Positions 1-9,289 of a stretch of 64,000 nucleotides of DNA are shown one piece after another. Position numbers and translations under genes: made by a program. Origin of the DNA: Planctomycetota bacterium (GTDB lineage: Bacteria; Planctomycetota; B15-G4). The notes under the pieces were generated by a model. That model worked only from the letters and a program-made list of their open reading frames with translations, was not told where the DNA came from and ran no database searches. The first letter of the stretch is position 1, and each line of letters starts with the position of its first letter. Location of the stretch: assembly GCA_965248575.1 (NCBI GenBank), contig CBDFJQ010000002.1:4288001-4352000 (forward strand). Direction: 5' to 3'.

Positions 1-861
1 GACTGGGGCGAGGACCTCGTGCAGCACCGGGTCGCGGGAGGTGGCGTAGAAGTCGTACTCCACGTTGGAGAAGAAGGTCGTGACCAAGGTCAGGTCGCTG
101 TCCGTGCCCACGGTGTTGCTCGAATAGGTGTTGAGTTCGTCCGTGGAGAGGGCCCAGTACTGATTGCCGAAGCTGGAGTTCGTGAGCCAGTGCCACCAGC
201 CGTCCACGTGGTCGAGGGATTGCAGGGCGGAGGGGATCCAGGTGAACTCTATGATCCAGCACTCGTCTGCGGAAGGCAGTGGGATGGTGGCGCAGGCTGC
301 GGCGATGACCTCCGCCGAACCGCCGTTGGAGGTGGGCAGCAGGCCGTTGTTGGGCAGCAGAAACTCGACGCCCACCGGGTTGCAGGGGATGGACACGCTG
401 GCGAGCATGAAGTTGACGGACGACCCTGGCGGCGTGCTGTAGGGCAGGAAGCCGTTGGGGTCCACGCCGAACGGCACGCCGTTGGCGGCGCAGCCGGGCC
501 GTGTGAACACGTCCTGCCGGTTGTTGTTCCGGCCCGTGAACTCCACGAAGAGGATAGCCGGGACGTCGAGGGAAACCGGCGCCGGGCCCTTCACGCAGGC
601 CGACATGAAGAAGGACGTCTGGCGGTAGCCGAACTCACCCAAGGCCGTCTCGTAGTTGCCGCGCAGGTGGTTGCCGTCGATCCAGGTGCCGATGCCGTCG
701 GAGGCCGGCTCCTGGTTGTCACCGGCGCCGACGCCAATGTAGGTGGCGTCCATGCCATTGCTGAACACGTGCCAGTTGCGGGCGCGTTGTGCCGAGAGAT
801 TGGGCACAAGCAACGCGAGCAGTGCGAGGGTGAGGACGAGCCTGCGGCGATCGATCTGCAT
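1..861 (-). CDS. Secreted hypothetical protein (partial; runs off the left edge of the window)
   Basis: Not in the ORF track. Manual translation from ATG at 861 gives MQIDRRRLVLTLALLALLVPNLSAQRARNWHVF..., open to position 1, with a clear signal peptide and GC-rich third codon positions. Confidence 0.85.
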   Translation of the reverse strand, partial: MQIDRRRLVLTLALLALLVPNLSAQRARNWHVFSNGMDATYIGVGAGDNQEPASDGIGTWIDGNHLRGNYETALGEFGYRQTSFFMSACVKGPAPVSLDVPAILFVEFTGRNNNRQDVFTRPGCAANGVPFGVDPNGFLPYSTPPGSSVNFMLASVSIPCNPVGVEFLLPNNGLLPTSNGGSAEVIAAACATIPLPSADECWIIEFTWIPSALQSLDHVDGWWHWLTNSSFGNQYWALSTDELNTYSSNTVGTDSDLTLVTTFFSNVEYDFYATSRDPVLHEVLAPV

Positions 862-1137
862 GAACCCTGCTCCGACTGAGTGAGCGAAGGACGTCGCCCC
901 CATCTGTCCCTGCCCTCCCGGAAGGTCTGGTGAAGTGACGCCTAGGGGGCCACGCTACCGGAGTTGGTTCGGAATGGTAGTTCCGATTTGCGCTGCGTCA
1001 GGAACCAGCCGGGTGAGTCGTTTGTCGGCAATGGTCACCGGTGAAGAGCAAGCGAGGGCAGGCCGAGCCACCAAGGGCTTGGTGTCCCAGGCGGCAGCAG
1101 TGACAATCGGGGCGACCACTGCCGCCTGGGACACCGT

Positions 1138-3663
1138 ATGAACCGATCGCTCGTTGGGACCGCTGTCATTTCCGCCCGCATCCCCCGCTGCCTGGGCCTG
1201 CTCTGCCTGCTGGGCCTGTTGAGTCTCGGCGGCTGCGCGGGTACCGGCGGCGGCGGATCTCCCCTCGCCTACGACGCCGCGCGCGCGGCGGCGCTGCGCG
1301 TGGCCGAGCCCTTCAGCATGGGCGGCGCCTGGAGCGGGCTGTTCATGAGCGGCGTGGAGTTCGTGAAAGTGGACCTGGAGCTTGAGGCGGAGCCAGCCTC
1401 CACGGGCGGTGAGGGGAGCGTTCAGGAGACCTTCCACGGCACCGCGACCTACACCACCTGGTTCGTCTCGGGGCCACCGGCGCGCGGGAGCCGCGTGTCC
1501 ACCTCCAGCGCCAAGGTGCGAGTGCTGCACCAGGCTGCCGCCGGCACCTTCACCGTCGAGCCGCAGGAGATCTTGACGGGTGGAGTCGGCAGCCACGCCC
1601 GGAGCTTCCGGTCGATACGCGGCGTGGTGGACCGGCGACACCACCGCTTGGCTGGCATCCACGGTGACAGCCTGCGCTCGTTCAGCCAGTGCTTCCGCTT
1701 CACTCGGCCCGAGGAGTTTGGGGCGACCGAGGCGGCGTACAGGCGCTTCGCCGGGCCTGGGCCCAAGATCCGCAGGTTGGCGGCGGGCACACCGCGCAAC
1801 TCGAGGGAGAACTTGCAGCTGCTTTTCGGTGGCGGCCCCGACAAGCCCGACCCCGTGACGGTACTCAAGTGGTCGCGGCGCCTGGCCAAGGACGTGGTGT
1901 CGCGCAATGGCCGCTCGTCCAATGCCGTCGGTGTGACGGGCTTCCAGCAGAACGAGCTCATGCTGCTCTTCGAGGATGCGCACTTTTCGCAGGCCTTTGG
2001 GGTGCCTTTCGACGGCCTCTCCGACAGCGCCATGGATGGTGTCTACGCGCTGCTGTTCCAGGACTTTCGCAACAGCGGCGACGCGGAGGAGAAGTCCGTC
2101 TCCAGCCTGGCGCAGAGGTTCAAGCGCTCGGACCTGGGTGCGCCGACCGGGGTGCACACGCTGCAGGCGGTGTTGAGCCTGCGCACGCTGCGGTACTGGT
2201 TGGACGAGCGCAGCGAACACCTGGCCGGGCTGCCCGCGGGTGAAGAGGGTTGGGCCATCGTGAAGGGCTTGGAGTCGGAGCTGGAGTCTCCCCTCGCGGG
2301 CCTGTTCTGGCGTCAGCAGATCGAGGTGGGAATCGAGACGGCGGACTTCGGTGCCAAGGCCCAGGCTGCTGCCGCCCTTGCCCGTGGCCTGGACCTGTTG
2401 GAGCAGGCACCGCTCACGCGCGAGACCCTGCGCACGCTCCAAGACTGGCCCTTCCGCAAGGCGGACGACATGCGCTGGTTGAGCACGGCAGATCGGCAGG
2501 CCCTCGGAGAGCGCAACCTCGCGCTCATGGATCGGATCCTGGACGAGTTGTTGGAACCCCATCGCGCGTCCATGCCGGCCTTGGGGGCATCAGGGGCAGA
2601 GAGCCCCCTGGACACGGCCCGGGCGGGGGCGCTCTGGCATGAGGACCTGCAGCTGGCCTTCCAGCGTTCCTGGAGCCGGCCGCCCTTGGAGCGCTTGCGG
2701 GAGCAGTTCCTCGCCGCACGGGCGCAGGTGTTGGTGGCGGCGCGGCAGGAGATGGTGGGCCAGGTTCGTGGGCTGAAGCTGACTCAGTTGCCTCTGCTGC
2801 AGGGCGCGTGGTTCAGCGTGCCGGGGGACGATGCCAGCGAGGCCTACGGGGCCGTGTTGGCGGCGGCCGAGCAGCGCCACGACACCATCGATGCCGCCAT
2901 CCGCGCCGCAGAGGACAGGGCCCGGGAGCTGGTGCGCGACAACCGGTCTCGGCCCCTGCCCTTCCTCGATGTGCGTCGCTACGACGTGCCGACCTTCCTC
3001 GAGTTCGCCTACTACGGTGACGCTCCCAACGTGAACAGCGAGGAGCTCATCGAGGCTTGGTTACGCGGGGATGCGCGGACGATGCTGGCCAAGGCAAACG
3101 TGTTGCAACACCTGCAGACGGCCTTCCGCATCTATCACGGCCTCTACCAGGAGCGCTACGGCAAGACCGAAGTGCAGCGCGTCGCGCGCCTGGAATCCCA
3201 CGGCGAAGATTGGCGTGCCATCGTCAGCACCTGGGTGGAGAAGGACGACTACGGCAACGTCATTGATCGCAACGAGCTGGGGGTGAGCACCTACGTGCGT
3301 GCCCAATACGGCGAGAAGTACATCGAGTGCGAGCAGACCGAGGGCAACCTGTGGGGGGCGCTGTTCCTGGGTGCCCTCGCCTCCGGGCAGGGCGATCAGG
3401 CTGCGGCCTCAGACGTGAAGGACATCTTCGCCCTCAGCGGGCTGAACCTGGATGGCGAGAGCCCTTCGTGGGGAGGCGGCCGTAGCGGGCCCGACGGCCT
3501 CAAGGCCAGTCGCAAAGACTACGGCAAGCTCTTCGCGCAATTCCTGGACGAACACCAGGAGGAGCGCATCGCGACGGTGCGCCACTTGGAGCGCAACCTC
3601 ATGGCCATGGTGTCGGGCAAGCCGTTGACCCGCCTTGAGCGACTCGAAGTCGACGGGCTCTAG
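1138..3663 (+). CDS. Large hypothetical lipoprotein (841 aa)
   Basis: Long ORF with a hydrophobic N-terminus and lipobox-like LSLGGC; no family recognised. Confidence 0.8.
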   Translation: MNRSLVGTAVISARIPRCLGLLCLLGLLSLGGCAGTGGGGSPLAYDAARAAALRVAEPFSMGGAWSGLFMSGVEFVKVDLELEAEPASTGGEGSVQETFHGTATYTTWFVSGPPARGSRVSTSSAKVRVLHQAAAGTFTVEPQEILTGGVGSHARSFRSIRGVVDRRHHRLAGIHGDSLRSFSQCFRFTRPEEFGATEAAYRRFAGPGPKIRRLAAGTPRNSRENLQLLFGGGPDKPDPVTVLKWSRRLAKDVVSRNGRSSNAVGVTGFQQNELMLLFEDAHFSQAFGVPFDGLSDSAMDGVYALLFQDFRNSGDAEEKSVSSLAQRFKRSDLGAPTGVHTLQAVLSLRTLRYWLDERSEHLAGLPAGEEGWAIVKGLESELESPLAGLFWRQQIEVGIETADFGAKAQAAAALARGLDLLEQAPLTRETLRTLQDWPFRKADDMRWLSTADRQALGERNLALMDRILDELLEPHRASMPALGASGAESPLDTARAGALWHEDLQLAFQRSWSRPPLERLREQFLAARAQVLVAARQEMVGQVRGLKLTQLPLLQGAWFSVPGDDASEAYGAVLAAAEQRHDTIDAAIRAAEDRARELVRDNRSRPLPFLDVRRYDVPTFLEFAYYGDAPNVNSEELIEAWLRGDARTMLAKANVLQHLQTAFRIYHGLYQERYGKTEVQRVARLESHGEDWRAIVSTWVEKDDYGNVIDRNELGVSTYVRAQYGEKYIECEQTEGNLWGALFLGALASGQGDQAAASDVKDIFALSGLNLDGESPSWGGGRSGPDGLKASRKDYGKLFAQFLDEHQEERIATVRHLERNLMAMVSGKPLTRLERLEVDGL

Positions 3664-4436
3664 GGTGTCGTGAGCTGCACGCCGTTGGTCAACGCGATGC
3701 CGCCGCTCAGCGTGGGGTCGGCTACCAGGAACTGAACCGTGGCTTGCAAGCCACTCGGGATTCCAACCGGCCACGTGCTGGCGAGGTTCACATCACCCGT
3801 TGCGTCGGTGGCGATGAGGACCTGCGTGTTGAACGGGAAGGCATGAACCGTTCCGGAAAAGAACGGGAAGGGAACCGGTGCGAAGGACAGCCAAGCGACA
3901 CCCGGTTGATTGACGGGGAGGTTGAAAGCGTCCAAGCTGACCGTCGAGCCTGGCGTCAGGGTGCCGCCGCCGGTCAGCACTGCTTCCGGTTGACCGAAGG
4001 CGCCGCCGAGGTCCTCGAACTGCAGGTGGATCTGGCCGCGGATCTCGCCGTCCGGGAAGGCATCAGTCAAGACGTTCACGTACAACTTGCCGTCCAGGAG
4101 GGCTTGCGCGTTGGTGGACGACAAGATGGTCAAGCCCTTGCTCGGGCTCCCTGTGCTGACGTGCCCCGGTGACAACAAGTAGATGAAATCGCCGGCGGCT
4201 CCTGGGTCCCCGACCTCGAGAAACGCCGCGACGGAAGTTGCCGTCCAGTTGATGTCCCAGCTCAGGAGTCCGGTCTGCGAATTCAACGTCATGAATCCCG
4301 TTCCGGTTTCCAGCGATGGGTTGGGTGGCACTTGTTGCGCGCCGTCCAGGGGGAAGGAGCCATGGAGGATCTGGGCGTCTACGGCGGGGGCAACAGCCAA
4401 CATGGTCAGCAGGCTTGCATGTACGAGCAGTCGCAT
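3660..4436 (-). CDS. Secreted CHRD-domain protein with C-terminal beta-rich domain
   Basis: Signal peptide from ATG 4436 (MRLLVHASLLTMLAVAPAVDA); CHRD motifs LDGAQQVPP...GTG and LYVNVLTDAFPDGEIRGQI. Confidence 0.85.
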   Translation of the reverse strand: MRLLVHASLLTMLAVAPAVDAQILHGSFPLDGAQQVPPNPSLETGTGFMTLNSQTGLLSWDINWTATSVAAFLEVGDPGAAGDFIYLLSPGHVSTGSPSKGLTILSSTNAQALLDGKLYVNVLTDAFPDGEIRGQIHLQFEDLGGAFGQPEAVLTGGGTLTPGSTVSLDAFNLPVNQPGVAWLSFAPVPFPFFSGTVHAFPFNTQVLIATDATGDVNLASTWPVGIPSGLQATVQFLVADPTLSGGIALTNGVQLTTP

Positions 4437-4610
4437 GAGTCTCAGTCCCAGAGGGTGGGTGTGACGGAAGGGTCGTGACGCGCTTTCTACCCGCGAACTC
4501 GAACCCAGCAACCAATGAAGAAAATGTGTCGCCGCAGAGCGGGCAGGGTGCCGCGAAAGCCAATCCCTTGCATGTCTTCTGTCTGGACGCATATTGCGCC
4601 AACTCTTGCG

Positions 4611-5006
4611 CTAGCCGCCGCGCTCCTCAGAGACGCCGAACACCAGGCCGTCGAGGTCGGCGTACTGGGCGATGCGCACGCCGTAGACTTCCGTCGGTTC
4701 GCGGACGCAGGGGACGCCGGCGTCGAGCATGCGTTGATGGAAGGCGTCGAGCTCGGGTGTGGTGAAGCCTGGGCGGCATTGGCCAGCGGCGCCGGGGATG
4801 GGCGGTGCCCCGTGTTCGTTGGAGCCGCTCGGCCCGGGGCCGTCATCGCTGTCGGGCACCGGGTGCAGAGCGAGTGTCGCACCGTCGATGTCGAACTCGG
4901 TCCAGCCCGGTGATTCGAACTTGAGCGGCAGGCCGAGCACGTCGCGGTAGAAGACGACGCTGCGGTTCATGTCGCTGACGAAGATGATGGGGAAGCTCAG
5001 CTTCAT
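4611..5006 (-). CDS. VOC/glyoxalase family protein
   Basis: IIFVSDMNRSVVFYRDVLGL...WTEF...LALH...YADLDGL; start trimmed to ATG 5006. Confidence 0.9.
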   Translation of the reverse strand: MKLSFPIIFVSDMNRSVVFYRDVLGLPLKFESPGWTEFDIDGATLALHPVPDSDDGPGPSGSNEHGAPPIPGAAGQCRPGFTTPELDAFHQRMLDAGVPCVREPTEVYGVRIAQYADLDGLVFGVSEERGG

Positions 5007-5208
5007 GGCGCAGTTCCTGAGAGGGGCGTCTGGTGGGGCATGTGGGAAACGGTGGCGAGCGCAGGGCGCGGCGGTTGGTGCGGGGCGTGGTTCGGCGGAT
5101 GACGGCTGTGAGTGTACGACCTCGGGCGCCTCTTCGTCCGCTCTCGCTCTGCCTACCCCGCGCCGCCTCGCACTTCCCAGCGTCAACCAGAGTGATAGAG
5201 TCAGGCCC

Positions 5209-5700
5209 ATGCCTACCAAACTCGCCACTGTCGCAGAACTCCTCGCTGCCATGCCCGAGGACCGCCGCAAGATCGTCAAGGCCTTGCGCGCCGTGATCCG
5301 CAAGAACATCGACAAGCCGTTCAAGGAGTCCACGGAGGGTGGCGTGCTGTCGTACCACCTGCCTCACAAGGTCTACCCCTTTGGCTACCACTGCAACCCG
5401 GAGCAGCCGCTGCCGTTTGCCGGCGTGGCCAGCCAGAAGAATCACGTGGGCATCTACCTCTTCTGTGTGTACTGCGAGGATGACGGCCCCGATCAGTTTC
5501 GGGAGGAGTGGTTGGCCACGGGCAACAAGCTGAACATGGGCAAGTCCTGCGTGCGCGTGACCAAGCTGGAGAACATCCCGCTCGAGGTGGTGGGCCGCGC
5601 CATCAAGCGCATGACCGCCAAGAAGTTCGTCGCCGCCTATGAAGCCGGCTTGCCGGACTCGGTCAAGAAGAAGCGCGAGAAGCTGAAGACCGGGCGCTGA
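5209..5700 (+). CDS. DUF1801 (YdhG-like) domain protein
   Basis: LRAVIRKNI...PHKVYPFGYHCNPEQPLPFAGVASQKNHVGIY...MGKSCVR; start ATG 5209. Confidence 0.85.
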   Translation: MPTKLATVAELLAAMPEDRRKIVKALRAVIRKNIDKPFKESTEGGVLSYHLPHKVYPFGYHCNPEQPLPFAGVASQKNHVGIYLFCVYCEDDGPDQFREEWLATGNKLNMGKSCVRVTKLENIPLEVVGRAIKRMTAKKFVAAYEAGLPDSVKKKREKLKTGR

Positions 5701-5792
5701 GGTCTAGGAAGTGTGAGGGCATCCAGACCGTCCAAGCGCGCGAAGCCATCGCACGGGGGGTGAGTCAGCTGTCTCTCGCTTGGAAGCCCGCC

Positions 5793-6515
5793 ATGACCAC
5801 CTTCCATCGCTTGTCGGCCGTCGCGGCCTTGTGGATCTGTTCTGCATTCATCACGGCCGTTCAGGGCCAGGAGGTGCCTTCGGCGAGTTTCGTGCAGGGC
5901 AGCGAGGGCGAGATCGTGATCCTGCACCTGGATCAGCAGTTCGGTACGCCGATGGTCGACTTGCTCGCGCTCTTTGGGGACCTGCTCGACCTGCCCATTG
6001 CCTACCGCCACGAAGCTGTCGGGTCGCGGCGCGTGCACATCGTCGGGGAGCTGAAGATCCAGCGGAGGCAGCTGGCGCTGGCCTTTGAGGCCATCCTCCG
6101 CGCTTACGACTTTGGGATCCTCCGCGAGGCTGAGGCTGAACTGCTGACGGTTCGAGCCGTCGAATCGAACATACGGCGGGCTTTGGTCGGCGTGCCGCAC
6201 TCGTCACAGATCCTCATCCCGCTTTGTCGCCTCCATGAGAGCCTCGGCAAGGCCAACACTCTCTACAGCACGGTGTTTCCGCTGCAGCACGTGGATGCCG
6301 GTCTGCTCATGACAGCCTTCCGTTGCCCGGCGCTGTTCAACGGCGAGGCGGTCCGCAAGGTGAGGGGTTCCCAAGCGATCATGGTCACGGCCAACTCGCT
6401 GGGGGCCTTGCGCGAGATCCGCGACCTGGTCGAGCGCATGGATGTTGAGAGTTCTGGGCTGGCGCGGGTCGAGGCGCTACCCGTGACCTCACCGGCGGCG
6501 GCATCGGGAGAGTAG
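5793..6515 (+). CDS. Secreted protein with secretin N-terminal (GspD N0/N1, NolW-like) domains only
   Basis: Signal peptide; VFPLQHVDA...SQAIMVTA...LREIRDLVERMDV resembles a Secretin_N repeat; no beta-barrel domain follows. Confidence 0.6.
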   Translation: MTTFHRLSAVAALWICSAFITAVQGQEVPSASFVQGSEGEIVILHLDQQFGTPMVDLLALFGDLLDLPIAYRHEAVGSRRVHIVGELKIQRRQLALAFEAILRAYDFGILREAEAELLTVRAVESNIRRALVGVPHSSQILIPLCRLHESLGKANTLYSTVFPLQHVDAGLLMTAFRCPALFNGEAVRKVRGSQAIMVTANSLGALREIRDLVERMDVESSGLARVEALPVTSPAAASGE

Positions 6516-6722
6516 GCGTCGGAACTAACAGGTGCGCCGCTCGGGTATCGGTTGAACGTCGGACAGTCTAGGGCGAGTCGCTCGCCAGTCCGTATGCCGC
6601 CGTGCTCAGGGCCTTGATCAGCTTGGAGGTCATCGTCACTACGTTGCTCAAGGACGATTCACGGCACGCACCCGTGTGAGGCCGGCACCCCGCGCGTGCG
6701 AAGTGCCGGCGAGTTCAGTGCG

Positions 6723-7391
6723 TCACGGAAGCAGGTTGGGGTCGAAAGGCAGCTTCTTCACGGGCACGGTCTTGCCCTTGACGGTGAATCCACCGCCGAT
6801 GAGGTTGTTCTCCTCATCACCACCATCGGTGATGGTGCCGCCCAGGCTCTTGAAGGAGGCTGATTTGAAGTCGCCTTGCTTGTCCGTCTTGGTCTTGAAG
6901 TCCGCCGTCCAGATTCCGTCCCAGCCCACGATGAAGGTGCCCTCGTCTGGGAAGACTCCTTCGGCGTCGTTGTCGAGGAAACGGGTGAGCGCAGGGGTCA
7001 TGTAGCGCTCGTCTTCACCGATGAGCGTGATTCCCGTCCCGATTCCGATGCCGCCGCCCTCATCAGGCACGACGAAGTTCGTGGGCACCCAGACGCCGGG
7101 GCTCTGCTCGTACATGAACAGCGGGATATAGGTGCCGCCCGTGAGGGAGCCTTCCTCGACCTGGGAGATCAAGAGCATGTACATGGTGAACTTCCGCTTT
7201 TCCTTGTCGACGTCGTTGTCAGCGAAGGAAACGTTGAGGCCCTTTCCGTTCACGGAAAGTTTGAACCACTGGCCATCGAGAAGCTGGGCTGAGGTGTCTT
7301 GCGCTGCACCCGTGCTGATCACGAAGGCCAGGGCTGCAAGCAGGACGCTGAGGCGAATGGATGCGAGTTGACGCAAGCAGGCGCGCGACAT
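6723..7391 (-). CDS. Secreted hypothetical protein; paralog of 27457..28068
   Basis: Signal peptide; shares WFK, KTDK.G..K.ASFKSLGG and KLPFD motifs with the 27.4-kb protein. Confidence 0.85.
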   Translation of the reverse strand: MSRACLRQLASIRLSVLLAALAFVISTGAAQDTSAQLLDGQWFKLSVNGKGLNVSFADNDVDKEKRKFTMYMLLISQVEEGSLTGGTYIPLFMYEQSPGVWVPTNFVVPDEGGGIGIGTGITLIGEDERYMTPALTRFLDNDAEGVFPDEGTFIVGWDGIWTADFKTKTDKQGDFKSASFKSLGGTITDGGDEENNLIGGGFTVKGKTVPVKKLPFDPNLLP

Positions 7392-7471
7392 GAAAGGGAT
7401 CTCCCGGTGTTCGGACTGGATTCACTCGGCGTCAGGTACGGGCTCCCGTCACCCCGCCGGAACGGGACAGT

Positions 7472-7679
7472 CTACCAGTCGGCGGTGTTCAGCCTGAGCG
7501 TCCCTCCGGCGGACCAGCGTGACAGACCGGCCGCCTGCTCGATCTCCAGGCTTCCCGTCAGCACGAAGAAGAACTCGTCCTCGTGTTCATGAGCGTGCCA
7601 AGGGTCCTCACCACCGAGAACACCGAGCCGTATGACGGAGTCGTTGACCTGGCAGAGAGTCTGGTTGCACCAGTCATCG
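7472..7679 (-). pseudogene. Degenerate cupin-domain gene fragment
   Basis: Manual translation DDWCNQTLCQVNDSVIRLGVLGGEDPWHAHEHEDEFFFVLTGSLEIE contains cupin motif 1 (WH.H...DE.F.VL.G). There is no in-frame start and an apparent frameshift (RSVTL continues in another frame). Confidence 0.7.
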
Positions 7680-7753
7680 GGTCACCCATGCGTCCTGGCT
7701 CCACGGACTCGAAAGGCGCGCCTTAATCGGCTGCATGCTGAGCACAACCGGCG

Positions 7754-7816
7754 GCCGGATCGGAGTCGGGTTCAGTGGTGGCGCGCAGCGACGCCCGCTG
7801 CAAGCTCTTGTTAGGC
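7754..7816 (-). mobile_element. attC site (terminal, degenerate R' box)
   Basis: Minus strand GCCTAAC-AAGAG-CTTGCAGC-GGGCGTCGCTGCGCGCCACC-ACTGAAC-CCGACTCC-GATCCGG; R'' and L boxes are recognisable but R' lacks GTT. Confidence 0.7.
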
Positions 7817-7879
7817 GGCGCTTCCTCGATGAGAGTGCCGAAGCCGCGCGTACACCATATTGTGGGCACTCTAGGTCGA

Positions 7880-8416
7880 CTAGAAGTCGACAAACCGCCA
7901 CAGCACAAGAGGCTCTTTCTCTCCGCGCAGGAACACATTGGCACGGAGATTAAACTGCCCCCACGCGAGGAACTTGAGCTCGAATGAGCTCTCTCTCTGT
8001 TCGGCGACCCTAACCCTTCGATGATAGGACGGATGCAGGACGTACTCGACCCGCTCGATGCGGTCCTCAAGTTGTTGCGTGTCGGTATAGACTCGAACGG
8101 AAATCTCGAAATCGCGTTTGCCTTGGGCGGTCCGCGCGAAGCGCGCCTCATGAACAAGATAGAACTGCTGGGCCAAGGAAGAGGCTGGGGATTTTGCCTC
8201 GGCCGTCTCCAGCTCGGTTTCGGACGATGCGGAGGACAGGACCGGAGCCTTGCCCACCGATAGACCGCTCGGCCCGAAGCTCATCTCCGCACCAGCATCA
8301 ATTCGTCGCGCCACAGCGGACGCGATCTCGCGCACCTTGCTCCAGAATACTACGATGAGGACCCCTAGGAAGGCCGGCCAGATCAACGCTTGTAGAAGGG
8401 GAATCCAATCTTCCAT
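7880..8416 (-). CDS. Gene cassette: N-terminal TM helix plus prokaryotic YEATS (pYEATS) domain
   Basis: TM segment LLQALIWPAFLGVLIVVFW; YEATS signature IERVEYVLHPSY...FELKFLAWGQF; bounded by attC sites. Confidence 0.8.
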   Translation of the reverse strand: MEDWIPLLQALIWPAFLGVLIVVFWSKVREIASAVARRIDAGAEMSFGPSGLSVGKAPVLSSASSETELETAEAKSPASSLAQQFYLVHEARFARTAQGKRDFEISVRVYTDTQQLEDRIERVEYVLHPSYHRRVRVAEQRESSFELKFLAWGQFNLRANVFLRGEKEPLVLWRFVDF

Positions 8417-8442
8417 GGGCCTACTCCGAGAAACGCAACGCC

Positions 8443-8508
8443 GCCTAACGAGTGCTCATTCAGCTGCGGGCTGCGTAGCAGACCGTCTGCTGCAATGAGT
8501 AGTTAGCC
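8443..8508 (-). mobile_element. attC site
   Basis: Minus strand GGCTAAC-TACTC-ATTGCAGC...GCTGAAT-GAGCACTC-GTTAGGC; imperfect palindrome with an extrahelical G in L''. Confidence 0.9.
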
Positions 8509-8579
8509 GGGCGGGTGTCGGCCGGCTGTTTGAAACGCCAGTTGGGGAGCCGTGTGGATAGACGGAGGCGCCCGCTCCG

Positions 8580-8975
8580 CTACTTGAAGGTTTGCGTCTT
8601 TAGGAGCTCGCCCGCCTCATCATAAACCTTCCAGGTGCCCCTCTTCTTGCCGTGTTCGAAGCGACCTTCGTCCCAGAGTTGTCCATTGGCATGGAATCGC
8701 TTCCATGCACCGTGCTTCTGCTCTTCATCGTCGAAGCCACCCGTCCCCCGCGGTTCGCCAGTCTTGAAGAACCATTTCCACCGACCAACGATCTTTCCGG
8801 CTTTGAAGCTGCCGGAGGACTGCATCTGGCCATTGTTCAGAAAGTACTTCCACTTTCCTGATTTCTTACCGTTGTCGAACTCACCCTGGCAAGAGACAAG
8901 GCCATTCTTGAAGTACAGCTTGAAGGGGCCGTTTTTGAGATTTCCGTCTCCATCGATTCCAGGGATGTCTTTCAT
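8580..8975 (-). CDS. Gene cassette: MORN-variant repeat protein (YwqK-like antitoxin family)
   Basis: Repeats of G.W..Y/F..NG......G.F..GK (GKWKYFLNNGQ, GRWKWFFKTGE, GAWKRFHANGQ, GTWKVYDEAGE). Confidence 0.9.
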   Translation of the reverse strand: MKDIPGIDGDGNLKNGPFKLYFKNGLVSCQGEFDNGKKSGKWKYFLNNGQMQSSGSFKAGKIVGRWKWFFKTGEPRGTGGFDDEEQKHGAWKRFHANGQLWDEGRFEHGKKRGTWKVYDEAGELLKTQTFK

Positions 8976-9205
8976 TGGGTCTCGCTCCTGGTTGGTACAT
9001 CTGTTGGGGTGGAGAGGCCTGCTGATGGGCGCGATTGACTGAAGTCGCGCTCCAGCCTGCTTGTTCGTGTGGCGTCGGTGAATTGCTTGCCGACCGACAA
9101 ACGGAGTGCAAAGTCACCGCATGGAGTCTGAATGCGGCATGGTTTGAATTCGCTATCCAAGCTGGTCGTCAGTTCAAACAGCGGTGACATGATTCCAGTT
9201 TCCAT
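8972..9205 (-). CDS. Small hypothetical ORF (77 aa) in the same cassette, coupled to the MORN gene
   Basis: ATG right after the attC core site (GTTAGCCGGAGAATG); its stop overlaps the next start (ATGA). No family recognised. Confidence 0.4.
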   Translation of the reverse strand: METGIMSPLFELTTSLDSEFKPCRIQTPCGDFALRLSVGKQFTDATRTSRLERDFSQSRPSAGLSTPTDVPTRSETQ

Positions 9206-9210
9206 TCTCC

Positions 9211-9276
9211 GGCTAACGCCCTGGTGTTCACCTGCGGTGCGCGAAGCGCGCTATCGGGTGCAACGCCTTGTTAGGC
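9211..9276 (-). mobile_element. attC site
   Basis: Minus strand GCCTAAC-AAGGC-GTTGCACC...GGTGAAC-ACCAGGGC-GTTAGCC, with central hairpin GCGCGCTTCGCGC. Confidence 0.9.
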
Positions 9277-9289
9277 CGCTGCACATTCT

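Noticed and set aside
19..879. 286-aa plus-strand ORF in the track
   Set aside because: It is the antisense shadow of the real minus-strand gene 1..861, which has a signal peptide and proper codon bias. The same applies to most long overlapping ORFs (e.g. 955..2562, 14866..16854, 45289..47334, 46656..49103).
8532..8567. Short matches (CTCCCCAA.TGGCGTTT and TCCGTCTATCC) to the Pc/attI module in inverted orientation
   Set aside because: The blocks are short and in a different order; I cannot distinguish this from chance.
9012..9068. Possible internal decayed attC (GAACAAGCAGGCTGGAGCGCGAC...TCGCGCCCATCAGC on the minus strand)
   Set aside because: There is no R' GTT box, and the outer cassette ends (GTTAGCCGG/CCGGCTAAC) already match each other, which favours a single two-gene cassette.
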